Origin: Syntrophales bacterium
Lineage (GTDB): Bacteria > Desulfobacterota > Syntrophia > Syntrophales > UBA2210
DNA length: 64,000 nt
Reading direction: 5' to 3'
Assembly (NCBI GenBank): GCA_963666365.2
Contig: CAXXNF010000002.1
Location: 672,001 to 736,000, forward strand
Shown: positions 9,433 to 19,100 of the stretch, in pieces
Layout of the letters: each line of letters begins with the position of its first letter
Position numbering within the stretch: position 1 is the first letter of the stretch
Notes under the pieces: generated by a model
What the model was told of the DNA's origin: nothing
The model's input: the letters and a program-made list of their open reading frames with translations, nothing else
Databases searched by the model: none
Position numbers and translations under genes: made by a program

Positions 9433-10593
9433 TTATTTGTCGGGGCGTTGACGTCCTGAATACTCGACGATCGACACGATTATGGTGATCAAAAATGCCT
9501 GACCCACAAGAAGTATTGCATCTGAAGGGCGTGCATACCGCAGCACGATAGCGCTGATCCCGAGCGTCGCGCATAGAAAATAGATAAAGAGCACCGCTTT
9601 TCTCTTATCGCCGAGGAGTGCATACAGCCGATGATGAATATGATCCGTTCCCACATAATCGATCCATTCCTTTATTGATTTCACTTTGCCTGTGGCGATT
9701 CGCTCAACGGTGATATAGGCCATATCGAATATCAATATCCAGAAAATCAACACAGGCGCAGAGAACGACACAATTCTGCTGTTATCCGCCCAATACCCCT
9801 GAAGCGCCAGCGTCGCGAGAGTGAACCCTATAAACGTACTGCCAGTATCACCGAGATATATCGACGCCGGTCTGGTAATGCAGAAATTAAAGGGTAAAAA
9901 CCCGAGACAGCTTCCCATCAGTGCCAGAGCAATCCATCCCATTAAGGGCTGATTGGTCTGATATGCCACAATTGCCAGAAAGGCGGACATTATTGCACCG
10001 ACGCCGGCGGCCAGCCCATCCATTCCGTCTATGAAATTCATGGCGTTAGTGATTCCTATGATCCATAGTATGGTAAAAATACCATTCAATACCTGTCCCC
10101 ACCAGCGGTGTTCAGGAAAGAGATTGACAATGATGCCGCAGTACATCAATAGAAGGACCACCCCTAACTGCACCATTAACTTTATCCACGCAGGCACCTC
10201 CTTCCAGTCATCGACAAGGCTGACGGAGGCGACCACAATGCCTCCGAGCAGTGATGCAGTCATGGAGCGATCCAGTATCATGTTAGAGAGCAGGGCGCCT
10301 GCAAATGATGCAACGATCGCAATCCCCCCCAAAAGAGGAGTGCGTTCGATATGTATCTTCCTCCCGCCCGGATTGTCCACTACATCAAATTTGAGTGCAA
10401 TAAGGCGCATTATAGGTGTCAAAACGGCCGACAGAGAAAAAGAAAAAAGTAGTATGTAACCCCACCGCATACCGCAGTTACAAAAGAACTCCCTGACGAA
10501 AGGAATGAGAAGAAAGCAGAAAATAACCACAGCGCTGTACCATATGTAGCGCCGCAATTCGGTGGCATGAGATATGTCGAGTATACTCTTCAT
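9433..10593 (-). CDS. Polyprenyl-phosphate N-acetylhexosamine-1-phosphate transferase (WecA/MraY family)
   Basis: RKIH...TPLLGG, DD motif, NAMNFIDGMDGLA, YLGDTGS, DHIHHRL; multiple TM. Confidence 0.92.
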   Translation of the reverse strand: MKSILDISHATELRRYIWYSAVVIFCFLLIPFVREFFCNCGMRWGYILLFSFSLSAVLTPIMRLIALKFDVVDNPGGRKIHIERTPLLGGIAIVASFAGALLSNMILDRSMTASLLGGIVVASVSLVDDWKEVPAWIKLMVQLGVVLLLMYCGIIVNLFPEHRWWGQVLNGIFTILWIIGITNAMNFIDGMDGLAAGVGAIMSAFLAIVAYQTNQPLMGWIALALMGSCLGFLPFNFCITRPASIYLGDTGSTFIGFTLATLALQGYWADNSRIVSFSAPVLIFWILIFDMAYITVERIATGKVKSIKEWIDYVGTDHIHHRLYALLGDKRKAVLFIYFLCATLGISAIVLRYARPSDAILLVGQAFLITIIVSIVEYSGRQRPDK

Positions 10594-10671
10594 TCAAAAA
10601 ACCTTCAGGGCGAAAGAAAAATGCCGCATTTAAAAATTACGTGGGCAATTCTCAATAAAACGGCAGAGTAA

Positions 10672-11727
10672 TTAATCAGGCAATGCATCTTCAAGAGCCA
10701 TGGCGATTCTTTCAACATCTTCATCATCAAGCGATGGATACAGGGGAATGGATACGGCACGTGAAAACACGTCATCAGTGACCGGACAGGCAGGAAATCC
10801 AAGCTGAGCATGCAGCGGTTTGTACACGGGGCGTCTGCATTCTATGTGATGCGATTTCATCTTGTCGGTGAAATCCCGGTTGTCATCCAGTGTAATGACG
10901 TATCTGTAGTATATATGGCGCCGCTCTTCAGGAACCGCCGGAGGAGCTATGCCTCGATTGCGCAGAATCTTTTCATATATATGCGCAATGTCGCTTCTCC
11001 TGTCGAGTGCCCCGGGAAGCTTATTCAACTGACTGATGCCGAGGGCCGCCTGTATATCGGTCATTTTATAATTGTACCGCACTTCATAGAAATCCCGCTC
11101 GTCATAGTCGCGTAAGTTTTTTATTCTGTTGCGCAGTTCTTCGTTATCTGAAGCCACCATCCCCCCTTCCCCGGTGGCAATCACTTTGGTCGCATAAAAA
11201 GAAAAGACAGAGCAGATACCGAAAGACCCTGTCATTCGTCCCCTGAAACGGGCGCCGAGCGATTGGGCGCAATCCTCGATGACCGGAATTCCCAAATCGC
11301 AAATGGCTTCAATTTCCGCCGGCAATCCGAACATGTGGGGCACTATAATCGCTTTTGTCTTGTCTGTAATGTGGCCCTTGATGGACACCACATCGACGTT
11401 GAATGTGTCGTTTTCTATATCGACAATAACGGCACGGGCCTTTACATAACATACGGCATTGAGGAGGGCCGTGCATACATAACTTGGTAGAATCACTTCA
11501 TCGCCCTCGTCAACACCGAGGGCGCGCAGCGCAAGATGAAGTCCTGCGGTACCGGAACTCACGGCAACAGCGCCCTTCACCCCAAGGAATGACGACAGTT
11601 GATCCTCGAACCTGATCACCTGCGGTCCCTGGGCCAGCCATCCTGATTTCAATACCCCGGCGACGGCAGCGTAATCGTCGTCGCCAATCATCGTCCCTGA
11701 ATGGGATATAACCACCTTACGAGACAT
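10672..11727 (-). CDS. DegT/DnrJ/EryC1/StrS sugar aminotransferase
   Basis: SSGTAGLHLAL, EDCAQSLG, SFYATK (PLP Lys), GEGG. Confidence 0.93.
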   Translation of the reverse strand: MSRKVVISHSGTMIGDDDYAAVAGVLKSGWLAQGPQVIRFEDQLSSFLGVKGAVAVSSGTAGLHLALRALGVDEGDEVILPSYVCTALLNAVCYVKARAVIVDIENDTFNVDVVSIKGHITDKTKAIIVPHMFGLPAEIEAICDLGIPVIEDCAQSLGARFRGRMTGSFGICSVFSFYATKVIATGEGGMVASDNEELRNRIKNLRDYDERDFYEVRYNYKMTDIQAALGISQLNKLPGALDRRSDIAHIYEKILRNRGIAPPAVPEERRHIYYRYVITLDDNRDFTDKMKSHHIECRRPVYKPLHAQLGFPACPVTDDVFSRAVSIPLYPSLDDEDVERIAMALEDALPD

Positions 11728-11759
11728 GCCTTTTCTCCAAAACTACCTGCCTGCCCGAC

Positions 11760-12377
11760 CTAAGCCTTTAGGAAGAGTCTAAGCGGCACGAATCCTTCCG
11801 CCAGTTCCACCCGTCCCTGTATGCCCCTGAAGACGGCGGCGGCCTTTGCAATATCGACTATGGACAGTCCCTCGATGTTTGTTTTCTCCGCCTGCGATGT
11901 ATGCGCCAGAAGGGCCTCGATCTTCCCGCTCATCGTGTTTTTGATGTTCATAAATACCGACGGTGAAAAGTTCTGTGTTGTGGGCACTTCATAAAACAGT
12001 ACGTTTTTTGTGTAGCGCGATGCAGACACTGCAGCCCTGTTCAACGCCCTGTGATCCTGATGGCTGTCGTCGTAATAATTGACGAAGCAGATATCAGGGG
12101 ATATTCCTTTGAGAACCGCTTCGATGTCATGGATCATCGAAGTCATCCTATTATTTAATTCTGTGTCTTTGTAGGTTCCCCAGATCACATCGCGACACCC
12201 GAGAATTTCTGCAGACTCGTTCTGTTCATGTCTTCGCGTGTCTGCCCTCCCTCCCCCCTCGCCTTGCGTCATTACCATCAGGTACAGATCATGCCCTTCA
12301 TTTTTATAATTCAAGAGGCTTCCGGCACACCCGATTTCAATGTCATCGGGGTGGGCACCTATGGCGAGAATATTCAT
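11760..12377 (-). CDS. PIG-L family deacetylase
   Basis: AHPDDIE and HQDH motifs; ATGA overlap with the WbqC gene. Confidence 0.92.
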   Translation of the reverse strand: MNILAIGAHPDDIEIGCAGSLLNYKNEGHDLYLMVMTQGEGGGRADTRRHEQNESAEILGCRDVIWGTYKDTELNNRMTSMIHDIEAVLKGISPDICFVNYYDDSHQDHRALNRAAVSASRYTKNVLFYEVPTTQNFSPSVFMNIKNTMSGKIEALLAHTSQAEKTNIEGLSIVDIAKAAAVFRGIQGRVELAEGFVPLRLFLKA

Positions 12378-13054
12378 GTGTTCCTCCGTAGAATTCGAAG
12401 ACTTTCTCTTCCGCAATTAAAAAGTAAATCAATTGTCGACATAAAGGGTTCAAACTCCCCAAAAAGCTGCGTATAGACAGGATGGGCGTACTCTTGAAAT
12501 ATTACCTTAATGCCACTGTGTTTATACGCATCCATCTGCATGTAATTTCTGCCTCCACTTCCCGCAAGATAGGTGTCACCGCCGAAATGGCGCACAAGTG
12601 AAATCAGCCTGTCGTCAGGATCATCGGGAAAATCGCCGAGTTCCGACGCAACATAGAGAGGCGTGGCAATGCCGAGAATTTCCGCGAGCTTCCTCACTGT
12701 ATAACTGTTTAACTTCGCAAGAGAATCCCATTCCTCTGCAAACAATTCTTCGAAAGACTCCTCCATACGCTTCCAATAGGGCGCCTTGCGATAATTTGTC
12801 AGTAACGCCTGTTTGTGCCTCCGCTGCCATCCGTTATTTTTAATGCACACATCCCTGATAAGTTCAGGAAACCGGTAGGTTACTGGTACGGTGATCCATT
12901 GCCACCCTGCAGCCGTTTTGATTTTGTTCCTGTTTTGCCACTCGTTTTTTTTATACTGTACCGTATCGAGCAGTACGAAGACATCCGACCGGTCTATCTT
13001 GTCAAAATATCCAAGCCAGGGGAGATACTGTGGTTGATGGGCGGAAACAATCAC
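12374..13054 (-). CDS. WbqC family protein
   Basis: HQPQYLPWLGYFDKI, WQNRNKI, YLAGSGG, MSTIDLLFN. Confidence 0.92.
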   Translation of the reverse strand: MIVSAHQPQYLPWLGYFDKIDRSDVFVLLDTVQYKKNEWQNRNKIKTAAGWQWITVPVTYRFPELIRDVCIKNNGWQRRHKQALLTNYRKAPYWKRMEESFEELFAEEWDSLAKLNSYTVRKLAEILGIATPLYVASELGDFPDDPDDRLISLVRHFGGDTYLAGSGGRNYMQMDAYKHSGIKVIFQEYAHPVYTQLFGEFEPFMSTIDLLFNCGRESLRILRRNT

Positions 13055-13082
13055 TGGGTGCCTTTCTCACATCAGTGTGCGC

Positions 13083-14546
13083 TTATGAATCGGTGGTTTT
13101 TCCTGTATCAACGAATATGGGATTCGAAACAAGCGTTCCCTCACCTATCATGTCAAATCTGTAGTAACTTCTATTATTGCGATCGACTGCCGTGTCTTCA
13201 TATTCAACAGACAAGGGCAACGCGCTCTCAAATGTCGCAATTACCTCTCCCCGGCGTATCAGTCTGACTTTTACCTGGCTGCTTCTGCCTTTCTCGTTAT
13301 TACTTTTCAGGTCAATTTTTATCCTTGGGTGCCCTTCCAATTGAATACATTCACCGGAGTATCCTTTGGCAGCAGCGTTGAGGGAAGAACCGACGGAAAA
13401 TTCCTCCATTACCACCGATTGAGGATACCGGCCTTGATAGGCATAACATCTGCCCTGTTTCAACGCATTCATTACCTCAGCGTGCGTGCGTTTTTTTACA
13501 AGCAATACGGTGGCGTAATTGCCCAGTGTTTCCGCTGAGCCGCCCTCTTCATGAAAATCCGCTGTGGCGATTCCCCATACAGGGCGTGTTCGCAATCCCG
13601 CGCAATACTCTCCCAGCACCTTGTCCCACAGGTTCCCCGGTTCCGTAATGGTAATTCTATCTCCGTAAAGAGCGGCAAAGCCTGTATAATTGCGGGATTC
13701 TTCCAGCACTTGAGGATAGGGGGGAGTATCGACATAAATATAACCAAGTTTTCGCACCCCCGTCTGTGTTTCCGGATAATTCCAGTAGGTAAGTCCTCCA
13801 CTTTTCTCGACATAATCAATGAACAGCTGGTAGGGGGCGATGCCCTGATCTCCTTGATACTGGTCAAAGGGAGAGCTTTTCAATTGACTTCTGTCAGCGA
13901 TGGAAAGCACCACCCAAAGGATGATCAGTATTCCGGCAACTCGACACAATCCCTTCCATCGCACCAGTATGATACTTACTATGAAAAGAATCGCCATGAG
14001 AATGATCTCGGGAAAAGCGATCCTGAGATATTTTTTAGCATATTTGTTATGAATGACGGGAAGTTGTTCATAAGTCTCAGGCTGTTCCATTCCCATGGTC
14101 AATATGCGGCGTTCGTGATTGTGAGCGGTCAGATTCTTTTTCAGGGGTGATCCCGTCCAGTAGTAAAAAGGGACCGATTCTGTCCCTGGAATTATGATCA
14201 TATCAGGATATTTTTCCCTTGCGGCCCTGATTGCCTGTAAATAGTCGCGGATACCGCTGACATGAATTGAGGGTAATGAAACTCTTTTTTTTATCAGGTT
14301 TCTAAAAGGGGGGGGGGCATATTCCATAGCCAGTATATCATGATCGTTGATGACCACTGCTCCATATCCCCTATCACGGGCAGTGGAAACAAGCGATTCA
14401 ATCGTATGGGCGCCATCGCTCATCGTTGATCGTAGATCAATAAGTCCCCTCACCTGCCTATATTCGCCTTCGTTTCCAATCGAAGGGGACGGCAGGCATA
14501 TCATCAGCGTGATGAGAAAAATGATTCCCGCCCGGATTTTATCCAT
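13083..14546 (-). CDS. PHP-like protein with signal peptide and internal TM hairpin
   Basis: GLIDLRSTMSDG...VINDHD, IPGTE, TADFH resemble PHP motifs; hydrophobic insert around aa 175-215. Confidence 0.7.
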   Translation of the reverse strand: MDKIRAGIIFLITLMICLPSPSIGNEGEYRQVRGLIDLRSTMSDGAHTIESLVSTARDRGYGAVVINDHDILAMEYAPPPFRNLIKKRVSLPSIHVSGIRDYLQAIRAAREKYPDMIIIPGTESVPFYYWTGSPLKKNLTAHNHERRILTMGMEQPETYEQLPVIHNKYAKKYLRIAFPEIILMAILFIVSIILVRWKGLCRVAGILIILWVVLSIADRSQLKSSPFDQYQGDQGIAPYQLFIDYVEKSGGLTYWNYPETQTGVRKLGYIYVDTPPYPQVLEESRNYTGFAALYGDRITITEPGNLWDKVLGEYCAGLRTRPVWGIATADFHEEGGSAETLGNYATVLLVKKRTHAEVMNALKQGRCYAYQGRYPQSVVMEEFSVGSSLNAAAKGYSGECIQLEGHPRIKIDLKSNNEKGRSSQVKVRLIRRGEVIATFESALPLSVEYEDTAVDRNNRSYYRFDMIGEGTLVSNPIFVDTGKTTDS

Positions 14547-14564
14547 TACCCGTTCCTCTCAGTC

Positions 14565-15761
14565 TCATATGTCACGATGCCAATTCCTTTGCTGAAGGTG
14601 TCTCTGGTACAACTGATCGATTTTTTCCACCATGGACGCTGCACTGTAGCGAGATGCCAAAGTCTTTCCACATTTTCCCATTTGCAGCCTTTTTGGTTCA
14701 TCGGCAAGCAGTTCAATGATTTTTTCCGCCAATAGAGGTGCGTTGCCGGGAGGAACACGATAGCCATTCACACCGTTTACAACGAGATCGGGAATGCCCC
14801 CCACATCGCTTGCCACGACCGGCTTTTCCATAACCATGGCCTCAACAAGCACCCGTCCCATGCCTTCATTGAGAGAAGGGAGTACGAACACATCGAAGGC
14901 AGACATTATCTCGGCCACATCATTTCTCCATCCCAGAAATATGATGTGATCAGCAAGGCCCCTTTCATTCGCCATCGCCTGAAGAAATGGCCGGTCATCC
15001 CCATCGCCAAGAATCACAAAAGTGCACGTCGGAAAGTGTTCCCTTACCTTCGCGGCGGCTTTTACAAAATATTCCTGTCCTTTAATTGCAGTACAACGGC
15101 CCACTGTTCCCACAACAGGGATGTTTTTCTTGATCTTCAATAGCTTTTTCCTGTGTGATGACTTTTTTGGACCATCCTGAAAGCGTTTTACATCAATTCC
15201 GCTGTGTATCACATCATATTTATCCGGTGGCGCAATGTGATATGCGATGTGATCATTCTTTTCTCTGTCTGTAAGCATTACCAGCGAGTCCGTGATACGC
15301 GCAGTTATCCTCTCCACAACAATAAATACTCCAGTTTTTAATTTCCCGAAGTATCCCCAGAACACATGACCATGGGGCGTATGAATGATGATGGGAACCC
15401 GGCAGAGAAAGGCGGCCCAGCGCCCCAGAATCCCGGCCTTGGATGTGTGGGTATGCACAATATGGGGCCGCGTTTTTCTAAAAAGCGCGACCATTGACAC
15501 AAATGCCCGCAGATCAGAAACGGGCTTCAGGGCGCGCACAAGTGCCGGTATCTCCACAATCTTCACCCCCGCATGTGTGAGTTCTGAAAAATTGCAGGCA
15601 ACAGATTTCTGCTCTTCAATGCCCATTTGCGATTCCGTGGCAAGACCCGTGACAAGAGATATATCATAGCCAAGCTGCGCAAGTCCTCTTGAAGACAGAA
15701 AGGTATTCTCGGCCGAACCGCCCTTGTCAAATCGCGTGATAATATGGACTACTTTGAACAT
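14565..15761 (-). CDS. GT4 glycosyltransferase
   Basis: VHTHTSKAG, HTPHGH, EGMGRVLVEAM (EX7E), DVGGIP. Confidence 0.93.
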   Translation of the reverse strand: MFKVVHIITRFDKGGSAENTFLSSRGLAQLGYDISLVTGLATESQMGIEEQKSVACNFSELTHAGVKIVEIPALVRALKPVSDLRAFVSMVALFRKTRPHIVHTHTSKAGILGRWAAFLCRVPIIIHTPHGHVFWGYFGKLKTGVFIVVERITARITDSLVMLTDREKNDHIAYHIAPPDKYDVIHSGIDVKRFQDGPKKSSHRKKLLKIKKNIPVVGTVGRCTAIKGQEYFVKAAAKVREHFPTCTFVILGDGDDRPFLQAMANERGLADHIIFLGWRNDVAEIMSAFDVFVLPSLNEGMGRVLVEAMVMEKPVVASDVGGIPDLVVNGVNGYRVPPGNAPLLAEKIIELLADEPKRLQMGKCGKTLASRYSAASMVEKIDQLYQRHLQQRNWHRDI

Positions 15762-15831
15762 TCCTTGAACTCGCAATTTAATATGCTTCTGCTGTTTCAG
15801 TCAGTACATGGAGATCCCTCAAGGTGTCAGA

Positions 15832-17751
15832 TCAGCTATTGCAGCAATAGCGTTCGTACCAGTATTGAAATACTATCAGGTTCCACATATGCCATGAAAG
15901 GTCAGTAGTGCCGTCCATAAATGAACGTTTCAGCGATGAAACCACTTCCGGTTGAAACAGGCCTTGTGAGGCAAGGCGCCCTTCATCGAGATACTCGTCA
16001 ACCAGATGCCGCAATTCCCTTTTCAGCCATTGTCCGATGGGAACCTCGAATCCCCATTTGGGACGATGATAAAGAGACTTCGGGATTATATCCCGAAAGG
16101 TCTCGATTAATATGTATTTACCCTGGCCATGGCGCAATTTTAGCGCACCTTCAAGTGAGAACGCAAGTTCACAGAACCGATGGTCGAGCATGGGAACGCG
16201 TGCTTCGAGAGAATGGGACATGGACGTTGCATCCACTTTTCTCAACATATCTCCCGGAAGAGATACCTTGAAATCCGCATAGAGCATGCGATTCACCTTG
16301 TCGAAGTTCTTTTCTTTAAGAGCATCAGCAAAAATATTTTCTGCTGAATCATGGTCATCAACTTGATGCTCCAGAAGACTCATTCTAATATCTCGTGAAA
16401 ATATTTCGTTCCAGGCAAAAAATCTCTCCTCGAAATTATCCTTCCCCGCGCCTTGCAAAAACTTCTTCACTCTCCGCAGATATTCCAGGTATAACCTGTA
16501 CCGGGAGTCGGGAAGCATCCGGCCTAAGGGCTCTAAAATATTTTTTCTTATCACTAAGGGAATTTTCCTGTACCGTTCATAGATTGATTCACCCTGATAC
16601 ATCCGGTAGCCGGCAAATAGTTCGTCGCCGCCGTCTCCCGTCAATGCGACCTTGACATTCCTCGCTGTTTCCCGTGACACAATAAAAGCTGGAATTACTG
16701 AAGAATCAGCAAAAGGCTCATCAAGCACATCAAGTATGTCAGGTATTGAATTGATCATACTCTGTGCACTCAGTTTGATCTCATGATGATCGGTACGGTT
16801 AAAAACCGCAACATCCCTCGCGTAGTGTGTCTCATCAAACAGGGGCATGTCGGTGTATCCTATAGAATATGTTTTAACAGGTTTCGCCGAGTTCCTCGCC
16901 ATAAGTCCCACAATTATGCTTGAATCAATGCCTCCACTTAAAAATGCTCCAACGGGCACATCGGCAACCATGCGTATCTTCACCGCTTCTTCCAATGTGG
17001 AATAGAGACGGGTTTTGATTTCGGGAACGTACTGGCTATTCACGTTATTTTCCAGGGTTATCCCTTCTTCAAGGTTCCAGTAGCGATAGGTTTCGGTTTT
17101 CCCGTTGCAGTAGGTGAGTGTATGACCGGGTTCGAGTTTTTTAAGCCCCTTAAAGATAGTATGGGGGTGCGGAATATAGTTGAGTGAAAAATACAGATCG
17201 ACTGAATTCCAGTCTATAACTTTGGTGAAATCAGGATCTTGTAAAATACTTTTTATCTCAGATGAAAAAATCAGAGAAGAAGAATCCTCAAAGTAGAGGA
17301 TTGGTTTTATACCCACGCGATCTCTGCAAAGCACCAGTAGTGACTTTCTTTCGTCCCAGATCGCAAAGGCATACATGCCGATGAGATTTCTGAAACCGTC
17401 GACACCTTCCTCTTCATAGAGATGAATGACCGTTTCGCAATCGGTATTTGAAAAAAACCGATGTCCCCGGGATTCCAATTCCGATCTCAGGTTCTGAAAA
17501 TTGAAAATTTCGCCGTTGAACACCATGCATATGGTGTGATCCTCATTCCATAAAGGCTGACGACCCCGTTTCGAAAGATCGATGATACGCAATCTTCTGT
17601 GTCCCAAGCCGACGTGTGCATAAGATGCATTATTCACGTATATGCCTTCATCATCCGGTCCCCGATGACGGAGGGCGGCAGTCATTCGCGTGATGATCTT
17701 TCTGTTGATCGGCACATTGCCCTGAGTTATCTTTCCGCAGATTCCGCACAT
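15832..17751 (-). CDS. asnB: Asparagine synthase-like glutamine amidotransferase
   Basis: MCGICG N-terminal Cys, HRGPD, FNGEIFN, LSGGIDSS, TGDGGDELFAGY. Confidence 0.93.
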   Translation of the reverse strand: MCGICGKITQGNVPINRKIITRMTAALRHRGPDDEGIYVNNASYAHVGLGHRRLRIIDLSKRGRQPLWNEDHTICMVFNGEIFNFQNLRSELESRGHRFFSNTDCETVIHLYEEEGVDGFRNLIGMYAFAIWDERKSLLVLCRDRVGIKPILYFEDSSSLIFSSEIKSILQDPDFTKVIDWNSVDLYFSLNYIPHPHTIFKGLKKLEPGHTLTYCNGKTETYRYWNLEEGITLENNVNSQYVPEIKTRLYSTLEEAVKIRMVADVPVGAFLSGGIDSSIIVGLMARNSAKPVKTYSIGYTDMPLFDETHYARDVAVFNRTDHHEIKLSAQSMINSIPDILDVLDEPFADSSVIPAFIVSRETARNVKVALTGDGGDELFAGYRMYQGESIYERYRKIPLVIRKNILEPLGRMLPDSRYRLYLEYLRRVKKFLQGAGKDNFEERFFAWNEIFSRDIRMSLLEHQVDDHDSAENIFADALKEKNFDKVNRMLYADFKVSLPGDMLRKVDATSMSHSLEARVPMLDHRFCELAFSLEGALKLRHGQGKYILIETFRDIIPKSLYHRPKWGFEVPIGQWLKRELRHLVDEYLDEGRLASQGLFQPEVVSSLKRSFMDGTTDLSWHMWNLIVFQYWYERYCCNS

Positions 17752-17755
17752 ATTT

Positions 17756-18964
17756 TCAAAAAAGGGCCTCCAGGCGCTCAATGTTGAGATCCCATGAGTA
17801 GTGATCTTCTACGAATTTCCTGCACAGAGGGGATATTTCCGTCCATTCTTCCGGTTTTTCCCGAATTAAACGGCAGTAATGAATAATGAGATCTGCCATC
17901 GCTTCAGGGCTTGTATCATGGAAGAGATATTTTGAATCAAATCGATTCAATATTTCAAGCGTGCCTCCTATGGGTGTTCCCAGTACTGGAATTCCTGATG
18001 CAAGTGCTTCAAGGGTAATGAGGCCGAACCCTTCAAGCTCAATTGTCGGCAGAATAAAAAAATCAGATGCCCCATAATAACAGGGAAGTTGTGCTTCAGG
18101 GATAAAACCGGCAAATATGACGTCTCTTGAAATATGAAGATCTTCAGAAAGAATTTTCAGCTTCCCTAGAAGCGATCCCTGCCCGCCTATCACAAGACAT
18201 ACCCTGGGCTCTGAATCTCGTACGTTCTTGAATGCCCTCAAAAGATTTTCCAGTCCCATTCGGGGAACAAGATTCCTTACTGTCAAGAGAAGGATTCTAT
18301 CCTGCGGAAGCCCCAGACATTTCCTGTCTGCGTTTTTATCCGTGGTCGGTCGAAATTTATCGAGATCAACGCCTCCCGGAATAACACGTATCATTTCAGG
18401 AGAAAGGCTATGGGTTTCAATCAATTTCTTTCGTGTGTAGTCACTTAAAACGGTTACTGTATCTGAAACCTGCAGTGCTCTTCGCTCAATATATTTTCTT
18501 ATTGTCACATTCAGCCAGTGTGAAAGATATTGCCTCACACCGACGGGCTTGCCCCGCCTTGATATGAATTCTTCAAAAGAAAGAGAATGACATGTATACA
18601 TCTTCTTTACGGGCAGGCATAATTCAGATCGTGATATCGCATAGGCGGAAAATGGCTGGTGAAAGTTGATTACATCAAATGAATGCGTCAGGTGAAGTGT
18701 TTCAAAGAGCCGCCGACACCCCTGTAGCGTTTGTCGAATAAATTGAAACTGACGCGCCGGACAGGCCTCATATCTCCACTCAATTACACCATCTGCTTCC
18801 CCGCGGCATGATTGATGGACAGGCATCTTTCTGGTAATGATATGGACGTTGTGACCCTTGGCCGCCAGCCTTTTGGTCTGTTCATAAAGTACCCGTTCCG
18901 CACCGCCGATCACATTACTGATCGACACATCGGCGACAAAAAGAATATTTCTCCCTTTTCGCAT
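17756..18964 (-). CDS. GT4 glycosyltransferase
   Basis: GGAERV, RNLVPRMG, EGFGLITLEALASG. Confidence 0.93.
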   Translation of the reverse strand: MRKGRNILFVADVSISNVIGGAERVLYEQTKRLAAKGHNVHIITRKMPVHQSCRGEADGVIEWRYEACPARQFQFIRQTLQGCRRLFETLHLTHSFDVINFHQPFSAYAISRSELCLPVKKMYTCHSLSFEEFISRRGKPVGVRQYLSHWLNVTIRKYIERRALQVSDTVTVLSDYTRKKLIETHSLSPEMIRVIPGGVDLDKFRPTTDKNADRKCLGLPQDRILLLTVRNLVPRMGLENLLRAFKNVRDSEPRVCLVIGGQGSLLGKLKILSEDLHISRDVIFAGFIPEAQLPCYYGASDFFILPTIELEGFGLITLEALASGIPVLGTPIGGTLEILNRFDSKYLFHDTSPEAMADLIIHYCRLIREKPEEWTEISPLCRKFVEDHYSWDLNIERLEALF

Positions 18965-19100
18965 GGGCACACACTAGCATAAATATAATCATCAGTTCAG
19001 TAAAAAGATAAAAGAAACAAAATATTCTCTTTTACTCAAGTAATTTGCGGTTAGAAAATTGCATATGCAGTACGGTGTACACTATGGAGTGGTCCGATTA

